NCBI GenBank assembly: GCA_963834385.1
Contig: CAWIBO010000005.1
Coordinates: forward strand, 640,001-704,000
Direction of reading: 5' to 3'
Source of the DNA: an uncultured Verrucomicrobiae bacterium
GTDB taxonomy: Bacteria; Verrucomicrobiota; Verrucomicrobiia; Chthoniobacterales; UBA10450
Length of the DNA stretch: 64,000 nt
Shown one piece after another: positions 24,392-34,461 of the stretch. A model generated the notes under the pieces. It did no database searches. It was not told the DNA's origin and was given only the letters and a program-made list of their open reading frames with translations. The translations under genes were made by a program, and so were the position numbers. The number at the start of each line of letters is the position of its first letter. Position 1 is the stretch's first letter.

Positions 24392-24974
24392 GCAACGTCC
24401 AGGCAGACCGGCGCGTGGAGGGAGACTGGTGGGACAAGCCGATCCCGCCGAACGTCGAGTTCGGCGACGGTTTTTACTGCGAATCCGCCCAGATTTTTCG
24501 CTTCATGCGCAGCCGCCTCCCGGGCGCGGTCCGCCTCGGTGACCACGTCTCCTGTTACGCCGGTTGCTCTTTTCCCTCGGCGAAAATGCCACCTGCCAGG
24601 TGGGCGATTTCACCCTGCTCAATGGCGTGCTCGTCATGGCGGTGGAGCGAATTGAGATCGGTTCCCATTGCCTGATGTCGTGGGGCGTCGGCCTGGCGGA
24701 TTCCGATTTTCATCCGCTCGATCCCGCCCGCCGGCGGGTGGATGCGCAGGCCCTCGCTCCGTTTTTTAAAGACCGCCCGGCGCGTCCGGAGATCAGGTCT
24801 GCCCCGATCATTCTGGAGGACAACGTCTGGGTCGGAATGAATGCGACCATCCTGAAAGGGGTGCGCATCGGGGAAAACTCGGTCGTGGCGGCAGGCTCGG
24901 TGGTGACAAAACCGGTGCCGGCCAACGTGATCGTGGCGGGCAACCCGGCCGTGGTGGTCAGGGAACTTCGATAA
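24388..24974 (+). CDS. Hexapeptide-repeat O-acetyltransferase (apparent -1 indel in T-run ~24570)
   Basis: [42 protein letters not shown]; the N-terminus is in the adjacent frame. Confidence 0.85.
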
Positions 24975-24985
24975 AACCGGCAAAC

Positions 24986-26164
24986 GTGACCGCGCGACGC
25001 AAACGCATTGTGGTGATGGGCTTCATGGCCTCCTCCCCCATTGCCGGCGTCATCTGGCAGCACATTCATTACATCGTGGGGCTGCAGCGTCTCGGGCACG
25101 ATGTCTACTACGTGGAGGATTCGGCGCGGCTCCCCTACGATCCGACCAGGTTGCAAATCACGGACTCCTACGATTACGCCACCGCCACCCTTTTCCGGCT
25201 GGCCCGCGAGTTCGGCTTCGAAAAGCGCTGGGCCTACTGCGCCCGCTATCTCCCGGATAAGCCGGCCGTCGGCCTGACCCGGCGCAAAATCCGCCAGCTC
25301 TACCGGGACGCCGACGCGATCCTCAACATCTGCGGCGCGCAGGAACTTCATCGCGACCTGCTGGCGAGCCAGGCCCTCATCTATGTCGAGAGCGATCCCG
25401 GGGTCGAGCAGATCAAGGTGGACAAGCGGGACCGCAAGACCATCAACTACCTCCGCCGGCACCATGCCCTTTTCACCTTCGGGGAAAACGTCGGCAAACC
25501 GAAGTTCCCCGTCCCGACCCACCGCCTGAAGTGGCTGGCGACGCGCCAGCCGGTCGTAACCGATCTCTGGAAAACGAGCCGGCGCGCTCCGGCCGGCGCG
25601 GTCTACACTTCGGTGGCAAACTGGTCCACCAGCGGCCTGAAGGACATCGTCTGGCGGGGCGAAAAGTATCTCTGGAGCAAATCCCGCGAGTTCCTGCGTT
25701 TTGTGCGCGCCCCGAAAAAGAGCGGCGCGACCTTTGAGCTCGCGACCGACATTCCCGACGACAAGGTCCGGCGACAGTTTGTCCGCCACGGCTGGCGGTT
25801 CCGGAGCGCGCAAGACCTGAGCGTCGATTACTGGGCTTACCGGGATTACATCCGGAAATCGAAAGGTGAGTTCACCGTGGCCAAGGACCAGTATGTCCGC
25901 CTCGAGACCGGCTGGTTCAGCGATCGCAGCGCCTGTTATCTTGCGGCCGGACGCCCGGTCATCACGCAGCAGACCGGCTTCACCGACTACTACGGCGGCG
26001 AGGAAGGACTGCTCGCCTTCCGCACCCAGGCTGAGATTGGCGAGGCCGTCCGCCGCATCCGCTCCGATTACGCCCGGCATTCGCGCGCGGCCCGCGCCAT
26101 CGCCCGCGACGAATTCGAGGCGGTCAAGGTTCTCAAGTCGCTGCTGGACCGCGCCGGGGTCTGA
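24986..26164 (+). CDS. Putative GT-B glycosyltransferase-like protein
   Basis: GLQRLGHDVYYVED, GWFSDRSACYLAAGRPVITQ. Confidence 0.65.
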   Translation: MTARRKRIVVMGFMASSPIAGVIWQHIHYIVGLQRLGHDVYYVEDSARLPYDPTRLQITDSYDYATATLFRLAREFGFEKRWAYCARYLPDKPAVGLTRRKIRQLYRDADAILNICGAQELHRDLLASQALIYVESDPGVEQIKVDKRDRKTINYLRRHHALFTFGENVGKPKFPVPTHRLKWLATRQPVVTDLWKTSRRAPAGAVYTSVANWSTSGLKDIVWRGEKYLWSKSREFLRFVRAPKKSGATFELATDIPDDKVRRQFVRHGWRFRSAQDLSVDYWAYRDYIRKSKGEFTVAKDQYVRLETGWFSDRSACYLAAGRPVITQQTGFTDYYGGEEGLLAFRTQAEIGEAVRRIRSDYARHSRAARAIARDEFEAVKVLKSLLDRAGV

Positions 26165-26271
26165 TTTTTTTTGTCCTGAACGGAGCGGCCTCGCCCGTTG
26201 TCGATGCTTGTTCATGCCGGCGCACCATTTGCTTTCCTGCCGGTTCGTTTAATCTTCCCGCTCCCCTCCTG

Positions 26272-27771
26272 ATGCATTTGCGCCTGCTTATAATCTGTTG
26301 CCTCTCTCTGGCCGGGGTGGGCGATGCACTTGCCCAGGCCAACGGCCGGATCCAGCAAAGCGTCGTTCGCATCAACGCCACCGAGGTCCAGCCCGATTAC
26401 CGCACACCCTGGAACTCCGGCTCGGTCCGCCGCGGTATCGGCGCCGGCTTCGTCATCGAAGGCTCGCGCATCATGACCAACGCCCACGTCGTGAGCAACA
26501 GCCGCTATCTCACGATTGAGCGCGAGGGTGACCCGAACAAATACCCGGCCCGCGTTCTCTTTGTCGCGCATGATTGCGACCTGGCGCTGCTCGAGGTGGC
26601 TTCGCCCGAGTTCTTCAAGAAGATGGCGCCGCTCACCTTCGGTGGAATTCCCGGTCTCGAGTCCACCGTCTCCGCCTACGGTTATCCCATCGGGGGCGAA
26701 CGCATGTCGGTCACCACCGGCATCGTTTCCCGGATTGATTTTCAGCTCTACACGCATTCCTCCATCGATTCCCACCTCGCCATCCAGATCAGCGCCCAGA
26801 TCAATCCGGGGAACAGCGGCGGCCCGGTCATGCAGAATGGCAAGGTCGTCGGCGTCGCCTTCCAGGGCTATAGCGGCGATGTCGCCCAGGGCGTCGCCTA
26901 CATGATTCCCACGCCGGTCATCCGGCGTTTCCTCAAGGATGTCGAGGATGGCCGTTACGATCGTTACGTCGACCTCGGGATCACCTACTCGAAACTGCAA
27001 AACCCGGCCCAGCGCAAATTCCTCGGGCTGCCCGACAACGATCGCGGCGTTCTCGTCAACACCGTGGTCGAAGCCGGCCCCGCCGCCCGCGCGCTGCGTC
27101 CCGGCGATGTTCTTCTCTCCATCGACGACATGCCGATCGCGAGCGATTCCTACGTCGAGCTCGAGGGCGACCGGGTCGAGATGCCCGAGGTGGTCGAGCG
27201 AAAGTTCAAGGGCGACAAGGTGAAGCTCGAAATCCTGCGCGACCGAAAGCCGATGGCGGTCACGATTGAGCTCGGCACCGTCTGGCCCTATTTCATCCAG
27301 TCACGCAGCTACGACATCGCCCCCCGCTTTGTCCTCTATGGCGGTCTCCTCTTCCAGCCGCTCTCGCTCGACCTGATGGAGGCCTACCAGATTTCCGACC
27401 CGCGCATCCGGCATTACTTCGATTATTTCGTGGCCGAGCAGCTCTACCTCGAACACCCCGAGATCATCATCCTGACCAATATTCTTTCCGATCCCATCAA
27501 CACCTACCTCGGACCGTATCGCGCCGGCATCGTTGACGAGGTCAACGGGCACAAGATCAAGACGCTGGAGGAGTTCGCGCGGGCCCTCGCCGCACCGGCC
27601 GACCGGATCGTAGTCAAAATGATCGGGGACGGTCCGCCGCTCGTGCTTGATCCCAAACAGGTGGCGGAAGCGCGGGAGCGGATCATGACCCGTTACAACG
27701 TCAACATTGAGCAGAACCTGGAGGCGCGCCCGCCCCTGCCCTCCCTGAACCAGGAGCCGGCCGCGCCATGA
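26272..27771 (+). CDS. Exported Deg/HtrA-family serine protease with PDZ domains
   Basis: Signal peptide; triad motifs TNAHVV, DCDLALL, INPGNSGGP. Confidence 0.9.
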   Translation: MHLRLLIICCLSLAGVGDALAQANGRIQQSVVRINATEVQPDYRTPWNSGSVRRGIGAGFVIEGSRIMTNAHVVSNSRYLTIEREGDPNKYPARVLFVAHDCDLALLEVASPEFFKKMAPLTFGGIPGLESTVSAYGYPIGGERMSVTTGIVSRIDFQLYTHSSIDSHLAIQISAQINPGNSGGPVMQNGKVVGVAFQGYSGDVAQGVAYMIPTPVIRRFLKDVEDGRYDRYVDLGITYSKLQNPAQRKFLGLPDNDRGVLVNTVVEAGPAARALRPGDVLLSIDDMPIASDSYVELEGDRVEMPEVVERKFKGDKVKLEILRDRKPMAVTIELGTVWPYFIQSRSYDIAPRFVLYGGLLFQPLSLDLMEAYQISDPRIRHYFDYFVAEQLYLEHPEIIILTNILSDPINTYLGPYRAGIVDEVNGHKIKTLEEFARALAAPADRIVVKMIGDGPPLVLDPKQVAEARERIMTRYNVNIEQNLEARPPLPSLNQEPAAP

Positions 27772-29494
27772 CGCCCTTCCTACGCCTGCCTCGACTGGCC
27801 CTGCCTTTCGTCGCCACCCTCTTCCTGGCCCCGGCGCTGCTGGCCCAGGCGCCGGACGCCACCCCGAAGGATCCGGATCCGACCCCGCGCCCGACCGGCG
27901 CGCCCAACGGCAAGACGCCGCCCATGGCCGCCGAGCCGCCTCCGCCCGTTGCCCCAAGGTCCGAGAAAGCCGAGAAACCAAAAAACCTTTCCTTGGTTCG
28001 CGTGAACGTCACCGGACAGGCGCACGATTATTTTCGACCGTGGCAAAAGAAGGCGCCGTTTTCGAAGCGGGCCCTCGGCGCCGTTCTCGCCAAAGGACGA
28101 ATCCTCGTCACGGCCGACCTCGTGGCGAACCATAACTACGTGGAACTGGAGCGCGCGGAGACCGGGGACAAGACCGCGGCCACCGTGGACGTGGTTGATT
28201 ACGAAGCGAACCTGGCCCTGCTCAAAACCGAGGATCCAAAATTTCTCGAGGGCATTGTTCCGCTGGAACTGACCCTCGACACCGTGGTGGGCGACCGCCT
28301 GACCGCCTGGCAGCTCGAGCCTACCGGTTCCCTCGTCGGCACCGAGGGACTGGTCACGACCGTGCAGATGTCGCGCTATCCGGCCGACGTCGGCGAGTTT
28401 CTCATCTACCGCCTGAGCCTGGCGATGCAGTACCGCGACAACAGCTACACCGTGCCGCTGGTGAAGAACAACCGGCTGGCCGGGCTGCTCCTGCGCTACG
28501 ATCCGCGCTCGCAGACTCTGGACGCCATCCCGGCCCCCGTGATCGCCCATTTCCTGAAAGGGGCCGAGGCCCGGGACGGTTACCGGAGCTTTCCCTCGAT
28601 CGGCTTCGATTACTTTTCCACCCGCGACCCGCAGCTGCGCGCCTTTGCCGGCCAGACCGGAAAAGCGGCCGGCGTTTATATCACCACCGTCACGCCCGAG
28701 AGCGGGTCGTCCGAAGCGGGCTTGCAGGAAGGCGACGTGCTCCTGGAAGTGGCCGACAAGGCCATCGACCAGAACGGCAATTACGTCGATCCGCTCTATG
28801 GCAAGGTCGAGTTCACCAACCTGATCAAGCGCGCTTTTACCGGCGACACACTTCCTTTAAAGGTTCTGCGCGGCGGCAAACCGTTGACCCTGTCGGTCAC
28901 GCTGCGTCATCGCGATCCGCAGGATTACGTCGTCCCGCCTTACGGGCTCGACACCGCCCCTTCCTACTACGTCCTCGGCGGATTCATCTTCCAGGAGCTT
29001 TCCCGGCAATATCTCCGCGAGTGGGGGGCAAACTATCAGAAGGAAGCGCCCCAGCGTTTTGTTTACCTCGACCGGTTCCAGAGCGAACTCTTTCCGGAAG
29101 GCGACCGCCGGATTGTCATCCTCAGCCAGATTCTCCCCTCCAACCTCACCATCGGTTATGAGGACAACTCCTATCTGGTGGTGACAAAGGTCAACGGACG
29201 CGAAATCAAATCGTTGCGCGATCTGGCCGAGGCGGCAAAAACACCCGTGAACGGCTTCGCCGTCATCGAGACCGAGGAGGACCCGAAACAACTCCAGCTC
29301 GACATGAACGAGGTCACGAAGGAGACCACCGCCCTGCAAAAGAATTACGGACTTCCAGCCATGGCGCGACTCGAGGAACCCACCCCGCGCCTTCCCCGCC
29401 GTCTCCGTCCCCAGCCACGTCTCCTTCCCCGGCCGCGTCTCCATCGGCATCTCCATCTCCGGCCGCATCGCCCTCGCCGGCCGCGTCGCCCTGA
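27768..29494 (+). CDS. Deg-like PDZ protein with degenerate catalytic triad (Ser/Pro tail probably frameshifted ~29385)
   Basis: Paralog of the upstream gene but with TADLV, EANLALL, DNSYTVP; a shifted frame gives APSPPSPSPA...AASP* ending 29494, removing the overlap with the next gene. Confidence 0.75.
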
Positions 29495-29506
29495 TTCGGG
29501 CCTCGC

Positions 29507-30940
29507 TCAGTCGGCGTCGCTTTCCGGGGCGTTTCGCTCCGCCGTTTCCCTCAGAAAGCGCCGCACCTCGTCGCGGTAGTCGTGGAATGGATCGCCCATG
29601 ACAAGAAAGTCGCGGTTGCCGCTCGCGAGGGAATCCCAGTTGACCACATAACTCTCGGCGCTCTCCTGGAAGTGTTTCACCGCCGCGGCCCGGCCCGCCG
29701 CCCGCGTGTCCGCCGGCGGGGTCTGCATCGCCTCCGGGCGACGCACGGACGCGTTCCATTCCCCGATCCGTTTCGGCGCGGAAACGCCGGTGAAGAGGCT
29801 GCGCGCCGGATTGATGTTGTGATACTCGAGATCCAGGCTTTGCAGCCAGGGATCGTCCCAGCCGATCCCTTCCGCCTTCATGAACGTCTCCAGCAGCCAC
29901 TTTTTCGTGATCCAGTCGACCCCCCCGATAAGCAGTTCCGGCCGGCGCCCGATGGCATCGAGAGTGTAATTCCAACTCTCCAGCACCCAGTCGGTCTCCT
30001 CGTCTCGACCGGCAAGGTCCTCCCGGGCCCGGGCCAGGAAGGCCCACTGCAGATCAAGCGCGCCGATGGTGCGCCCATCCTCCAGGGTGGTCACCCACCG
30101 CCCCGTCGGATCGCGCGAAATCTCGCGCGTGCTTTCAACCGCATCCGCCAGGACGAGACCGGGCGGCAGGCGGCCCGCCTCCAGGAGCGAAAGCACGCAG
30201 GCCGTCGTCCCGACTTTCAGGGCGTTCGCGAACGGGCTGATGTTCGAATCGCCGATGAGCAGATGGAGCCGGCGATATTTCCGGTAATCCGCCAGCGGCT
30301 CGTCCCGCGCGTTGATAATGGCGCGGTTGAACTGCACCCACTGATAAATGTCGTTCACGATATGGTCCGCCCGCTGGCTCAATTGGAAATCCACCGGGCT
30401 ATCCGGCGGCGGGATCTCAAAGTCGAACGCCAGCGGCGAGGCCTGCCCCACCCGCCCGGCCCCGGTGAAGATCTGGCGCGTAGCGAGGAACGAAAGCAGC
30501 GTCCCCAGCACCGGCGCGGTAAACTGCGCCTCCCGGCGCATGAGATAGTTCTCGTGGCAGCCAAAGGTCGCGCCGGTGTGATGATCAACGTTGTTCTTGA
30601 TGAAGGAAACGCGTTCGGCCGCGCCCATCTCTTCCAGCCCGCGCTGGAGCAGGTCGTCGCCGGCCAGGTCGTAGGTGACCACGTCGCGCAGGCTGAGGCA
30701 CTCCGGGGAGGCGTATTCGATGTGGCCCATGTCGAGATAGATCCGGCCGCCGTTGAGCAGGAACCCGCCGTTGCCCGGCGGTTCCTCGTAATCCCGATAG
30801 TGCAGGTCGATCGCCCCGACCCGGGCCTGGCGAAAAAGATGGTTTTTAAGCCGGATCGGCCAGTTCTCGGCGACCCCGCCCGGTTCGCCCTCCATGACGA
30901 GACAGCCGTATTCCGTCTCCAGCCCCGCGATCCGGTCCAT
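29507..30940 (-). CDS. Pup/UBact ligase-deamidase family protein, PafA-like
   Basis: GLETEYG, NGGRIYLDMGHIEYASPEC, KNNVD..GCHENY, SQRADHI, IINARDEPLAD..YRRLHLLIGDSN, DLEYH. Confidence 0.88.
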   Translation of the reverse strand: MDRIAGLETEYGCLVMEGEPGGVAENWPIRLKNHLFRQARVGAIDLHYRDYEEPPGNGGFLLNGGRIYLDMGHIEYASPECLSLRDVVTYDLAGDDLLQRGLEEMGAAERVSFIKNNVDHHTGATFGCHENYLMRREAQFTAPVLGTLLSFLATRQIFTGAGRVGQASPLAFDFEIPPPDSPVDFQLSQRADHIVNDIYQWVQFNRAIINARDEPLADYRKYRRLHLLIGDSNISPFANALKVGTTACVLSLLEAGRLPPGLVLADAVESTREISRDPTGRWVTTLEDGRTIGALDLQWAFLARAREDLAGRDEETDWVLESWNYTLDAIGRRPELLIGGVDWITKKWLLETFMKAEGIGWDDPWLQSLDLEYHNINPARSLFTGVSAPKRIGEWNASVRRPEAMQTPPADTRAAGRAAAVKHFQESAESYVVNWDSLASGNRDFLVMGDPFHDYRDEVRRFLRETAERNAPESDAD

Positions 30941-31062
30941 CCGGCAAGATTGGGCAGGACCGTGCCTGGGACAAGGGAAGTCGGTCCAACCGGGCCTACT
31001 TATTCGCGCTTATTCACAAAAAGCTTTCCAGTTTTCCGCGAAGAGACCAAACTGGCTTGCCC

Positions 31063-31509
31063 ATGAGAGACTTAGGCTTGCGCAGCCCCGCTGCTCGCGT
31101 CGGCGGGCTGGTGTACTTCGGGCGTATGCTGGACAAAATCAGGGTCCACGCGAGCGGCCAGCTCCCCGCCGATTACCAGCAGAACCTCGGAAGAGGCTTT
31201 GATGAGTTTTGCGTCAACTTTCTCGGCGTGCAGTACCACCAGCTCGTGGACCGGGTCAAACAGGGGGGCGGCGACGAGGAAATCCTGCAGTGGTGCTATG
31301 CCATGGGGCGCAAACCGACCGACCAGGAACTTTTTGTCTGGAACGATTTCATGCGGAAACGCGGCTGGAACGACGACATCGCGGAGACGCTTCTCCGGCG
31401 CAAGAAGGAAGCCGGCATGGCCGGGCGTTCCGAGATCAAGACCATGTTTCAGTTTATCGACGTGGACGAAGGCCGCTCGCTCCACAAGGGCGTCAAGATC
31501 TCGACCTGA
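31063..31509 (+). CDS. Conserved hypothetical protein (DUF5069-like)
   Basis: LRSP..GGLVYFGRMLDKIR..LPADY..FQFIDVDEGR pattern. Confidence 0.75.
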   Translation: MRDLGLRSPAARVGGLVYFGRMLDKIRVHASGQLPADYQQNLGRGFDEFCVNFLGVQYHQLVDRVKQGGGDEEILQWCYAMGRKPTDQELFVWNDFMRKRGWNDDIAETLLRRKKEAGMAGRSEIKTMFQFIDVDEGRSLHKGVKIST

Positions 31510-31521
31510 ATCAATCCCGGG

Positions 31522-31671
31522 TCACGGCCGCGCCCCGGACGGTTCGCCAGGAGGCGGAGGGGGCTGCATCCGGTAATCGATCACCAGCCAAAGCATCACC
31601 ACCAGGGCCGCGACGATCAGGGCTGCGATGATCTCGCGCCGCCCAAAGGTGCTGCCGGGCCCGCCCTTCAC
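31522..31671 (-). CDS. Small single-TM protein, 49 aa (not in the ORF track)
   Basis: VKGGPGSTFGRREIIAALIVAALVVMLWLVIDYRMQPPPPPGEPSGARP*; GTG 5 nt after the upstream stop, with GGAG ahead of it. Confidence 0.55.
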   Translation of the reverse strand: MKGGPGSTFGRREIIAALIVAALVVMLWLVIDYRMQPPPPPGEPSGARP

Positions 31672-31676
31672 CCTTG

Positions 31677-31961
31677 CTACTCCGCCAGGGTGTCGATGCG
31701 TTCCGCCAGCGAAAAATCGAGGTCGGTCAGGCCGCCCTTGCTGTGGGTCGAAAGGACCAGGCGCACCTTGTTATAGCGAATGTCGATGTCGGGATGATGT
31801 TCCTCTTCATCCGCCACCTCCGCGACCGAGTTCACGAAATCGATGGCGTCGGAAAACTCGTCGAACTCGAACGTCCGCTCGATGTGTTTCTTCTCGAGCT
31901 CCCATTCGGGCACTTTTTTCAGGCGGGTTTTCAGCTCATCCGCTTTGATCAACTCTGCCAT
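31677..31961 (-). CDS. Pterin-4a-carbinolamine dehydratase family
   Basis: EHHPDIDIRYNKV..STHSKGGLTDLD; ATG at 31961. Confidence 0.9.
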   Translation of the reverse strand: MAELIKADELKTRLKKVPEWELEKKHIERTFEFDEFSDAIDFVNSVAEVADEEEHHPDIDIRYNKVRLVLSTHSKGGLTDLDFSLAERIDTLAE

Positions 31962-32125
31962 AACGGTCTGACGGTTAACATCCCCGGGGGGTTTTGCAAT
32001 GGGGAATCGGGCCTGATTTTTCGAGGCGCGCCCCGCCCTCCGCGGGGCGCCCGGGGGGCCCCGCCTTTTCCGCCGCGCCCCGGCATTTGACGCTGCCCCT
32101 TCTCTCCGCACATTAGGGGCCTTCC

Positions 32126-32199
32126 GCGCCCGTAGCTCAACTGGATAGAGCATCTGACTACGGATCAGAAGGTTTGAGGTTCGAATCCTCACGGGCGCG
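32126..32199 (+). tRNA. tRNA-Arg(ACG), CCA not encoded
   Basis: Acceptor GCGCCCG/CGGGCGC, TAGCTCA D-arm, TCTGA-CTACGGA-TCAGA anticodon arm, GGTTCGAATCC. Confidence 0.96.
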
Positions 32200-32268
32200 C
32201 TTTTTCCCTCCTGCTTTCCCGCGGAAATGCGTTGCCGACCTGTCCGGCGAACGCAATGGTAAATGTGC

Positions 32269-33489
32269 ATGCTAGCGGAGCCCCCGGCAGAAACCCTGCA
32301 GTTCGATACCATCGATGATGTCGTCGCCGATATTGCGGCCGGCCGCATCGTCATTGTCACGGACGACGCCGATCGCGAAAACGAGGGCGACCTCGTCATG
32401 GCCGCGGAAAAGGCCACCCCGGCGGCGGTCAATTTCATGGCCACCCACGGCCGCGGGCTGATTTGCGTGCCGATCTCGAACGACCGGGCCGAGCAGCTCG
32501 GCCTCAAGCGCATGGTCGCGCAAAATCGCGAGATGTACCGGACGGACTTCACCGTCTCGGTCGATGCCGCGCACGATATCACCACCGGCATCAGCGCCCA
32601 CGATCGCGCCCGCACCATCACCACCATTGCCGACCCCGCTTCTTGCCCGGAGGATCTCGTCCAGCCCGGCCACATCTTTCCCCTGCGCGCCAAGGAAGGC
32701 GGAGTTCTTCGCCGCGCCGGGCATACCGAGGCCGCCGTCGACCTGGCCCGCCTCGCCGGGCTGCAGCCGGCCGGGGTGCTTTGCGAGATCCTGCATCATG
32801 ACGGCACCATGGCGCGACTGCCCGAGCTGATGGAATTCCGGCGCCAGCATGGCCTCCGCATCTGCACCATCCAGAGCCTGATCGCCCACCGCCGCGTGCG
32901 CGAAAAACTGATCGAACGCGAGCAGGTGGTAAAACTGCCCACCGATTACGGGGACTTCGATCTGCATCTGTATCGCTCGAAGCTGGATGACTCCCACCAT
33001 CTCGCCCTCGTTCGCGGCACCATCAGGCCTGATCAGCCCACCCTCGTGCGGGTCCACAGCGAATGCCTCACCGGCGACGTCTTCGGATCGCGGCGCTGCG
33101 ACTGCGGCCACCAGTTGCACGCGGCCCTCCGCCAGATCGCCGAGGAAGGCGCGGGCGTGCTCGTTTACATGCGCCAGGAAGGCCGGGGCATCGGCCTGGC
33201 CGCCAAGATCCACGCCTACAAGCTCCAGGAGGAGGGACTCGACACGGTCGAGGCCAATGTCCGGCTCGGGTTCGCCGGCGATCTGCGCGATTACGGCATC
33301 GGCGCCCAGATTCTTTTCGACCTGGGCGTGCGCGATTTCCGGTTCCTGACCAATAATCCCCGGAAGGTGGTCGGACTGGAAGGTTACGGGATGCACATGA
33401 TCGAGCAGGTGCCGATCCGGAGCGAGGCGAACCCGCACAACGAGAAATATCTCGCCACCAAGAAACTTAAAATGGGGCACACGCTCTAG
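32269..33489 (+). CDS. ribBA: Bifunctional DHBP synthase / GTP cyclohydrolase II
   Basis: DRENEGD, RAGHTEA, RVHSECLTGDVFGSRRCDCG, QEGRGIG, LTNNPRK. Confidence 0.96.
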   Translation: MLAEPPAETLQFDTIDDVVADIAAGRIVIVTDDADRENEGDLVMAAEKATPAAVNFMATHGRGLICVPISNDRAEQLGLKRMVAQNREMYRTDFTVSVDAAHDITTGISAHDRARTITTIADPASCPEDLVQPGHIFPLRAKEGGVLRRAGHTEAAVDLARLAGLQPAGVLCEILHHDGTMARLPELMEFRRQHGLRICTIQSLIAHRRVREKLIEREQVVKLPTDYGDFDLHLYRSKLDDSHHLALVRGTIRPDQPTLVRVHSECLTGDVFGSRRCDCGHQLHAALRQIAEEGAGVLVYMRQEGRGIGLAAKIHAYKLQEEGLDTVEANVRLGFAGDLRDYGIGAQILFDLGVRDFRFLTNNPRKVVGLEGYGMHMIEQVPIRSEANPHNEKYLATKKLKMGHTL

Positions 33490-33510
33490 GCCGGACCGCG
33501 CGCGCCTCTC

Positions 33511-33993
33511 ATGCAGACACCCCACGCGATTCCGCCCCGTCCCCGCCAGTTCGGCGGCAAACGCACCATCACCATCGTGGCCAGCCAGTTCAACCCGCTC
33601 TATGTCCAGGGCCTGGTCAATCACGTTGCCCAGGAACTGCGCGCGCTCGTCCCTTCCGTTGTCCTCCATTTGCACCAGGTCCCCGGCGCCTTCGAGATTC
33701 CCGTGGTCGTCCGCGAAGTGGCCCTGCAGAAAAAAGTCGACGCCATTGTCGCCGTCGGCGTCATTCTCCAGGGACGCACCAGCCATGCGGAACATCTCAC
33801 CCGCACCGTGACCGACGCCCTCCAGCACATCGCCATCGAGCACGGCATCCCCGTGGTCAATGCCGTTCTCGCCTGTGATAATGAGGAACAGGCCCGCGAG
33901 CGCTGCCTCGAAGAGGAAATCAATCGCGGCACCGAGGCGGCCCGGGCCGCCGTCGCCGTCACCGACGCCATTGTCGAGTTGAGGGAGAGATAG
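33511..33993 (+). CDS. ribH: Lumazine synthase
   Basis: SQFN, VPGAFEIP, GVILQGRTSH; position between ribBA and nusB. Confidence 0.88.
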   Translation: MQTPHAIPPRPRQFGGKRTITIVASQFNPLYVQGLVNHVAQELRALVPSVVLHLHQVPGAFEIPVVVREVALQKKVDAIVAVGVILQGRTSHAEHLTRTVTDALQHIAIEHGIPVVNAVLACDNEEQARERCLEEEINRGTEAARAAVAVTDAIVELRER

Positions 33994-34461
33994 ATGGGGA
34001 AACGCCGTTTGGCCCGGCAGGCCGCCGTGCAATACCATTTCTGGCGCGACGTCCAGGGCGGCGCCGCGCCGGATAAAATGGAGGAATTCTGGGAATTCTG
34101 CCCGGCCACCCCGCGGGTGCGGGAATTCGCCCAGCCGCTCATCGATGGGATGGAAAGCCACCTCCGCGAAATCGACGATCGCATCCGCAAGTACGCGGAG
34201 AACTTCGAGTTTCGCCGCATTTCGCCGGTCGATCGCAACGTTCTCCGGCTCGCCATCTACGAAATGCTTTTCCGCGATGACATCCCGCCGGTCGTTTCCA
34301 TCAACGAAGCCATCGAGCTGGCCAAGATGTACGGCGGCGCCGATTCCGGACGGTTCGTCAACGGCATCCTCGACCGGGTTAAGGACGACCTGCAGCGGCC
34401 GCTCCGCCAGGCCGCAGCCTCCCCGGCCGAGCCCGGGACACGGGACCCGTCCGAGCCATGA
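33994..34461 (+). CDS. nusB: Transcription antitermination factor NusB
   Basis: RRLARQ, DRNVLRLA, SINEAIELAK, FVNGILD. Confidence 0.94.
   Translation: MGKRRLARQAAVQYHFWRDVQGGAAPDKMEEFWEFCPATPRVREFAQPLIDGMESHLREIDDRIRKYAENFEFRRISPVDRNVLRLAIYEMLFRDDIPPVVSINEAIELAKMYGGADSGRFVNGILDRVKDDLQRPLRQAAASPAEPGTRDPSEP

Noticed and set aside
29380..29579. Arg/Pro/His-rich C-terminal tail overlapping the pafA-like gene
   Set aside because: It is an off-frame reading of a Ser/Pro/Ala tail that stops at 29494.
32200..32268. FMN riboswitch before ribBA
   Set aside because: Only about 70 nt lie between the tRNA and the start, and no RFN motifs are present.
32126..32270. Genomic island integrated at tRNA-Arg
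   Set aside because: Core genes follow directly, with no integrase and no duplicated tRNA end seen.
32272..34161. Long antisense ORFs (e.g. 629 aa here, 719 aa at 53423, 599 aa at 22553)
   Set aside because: These are shadow frames of well-supported genes in a GC-rich genome, with no recognisable motifs.
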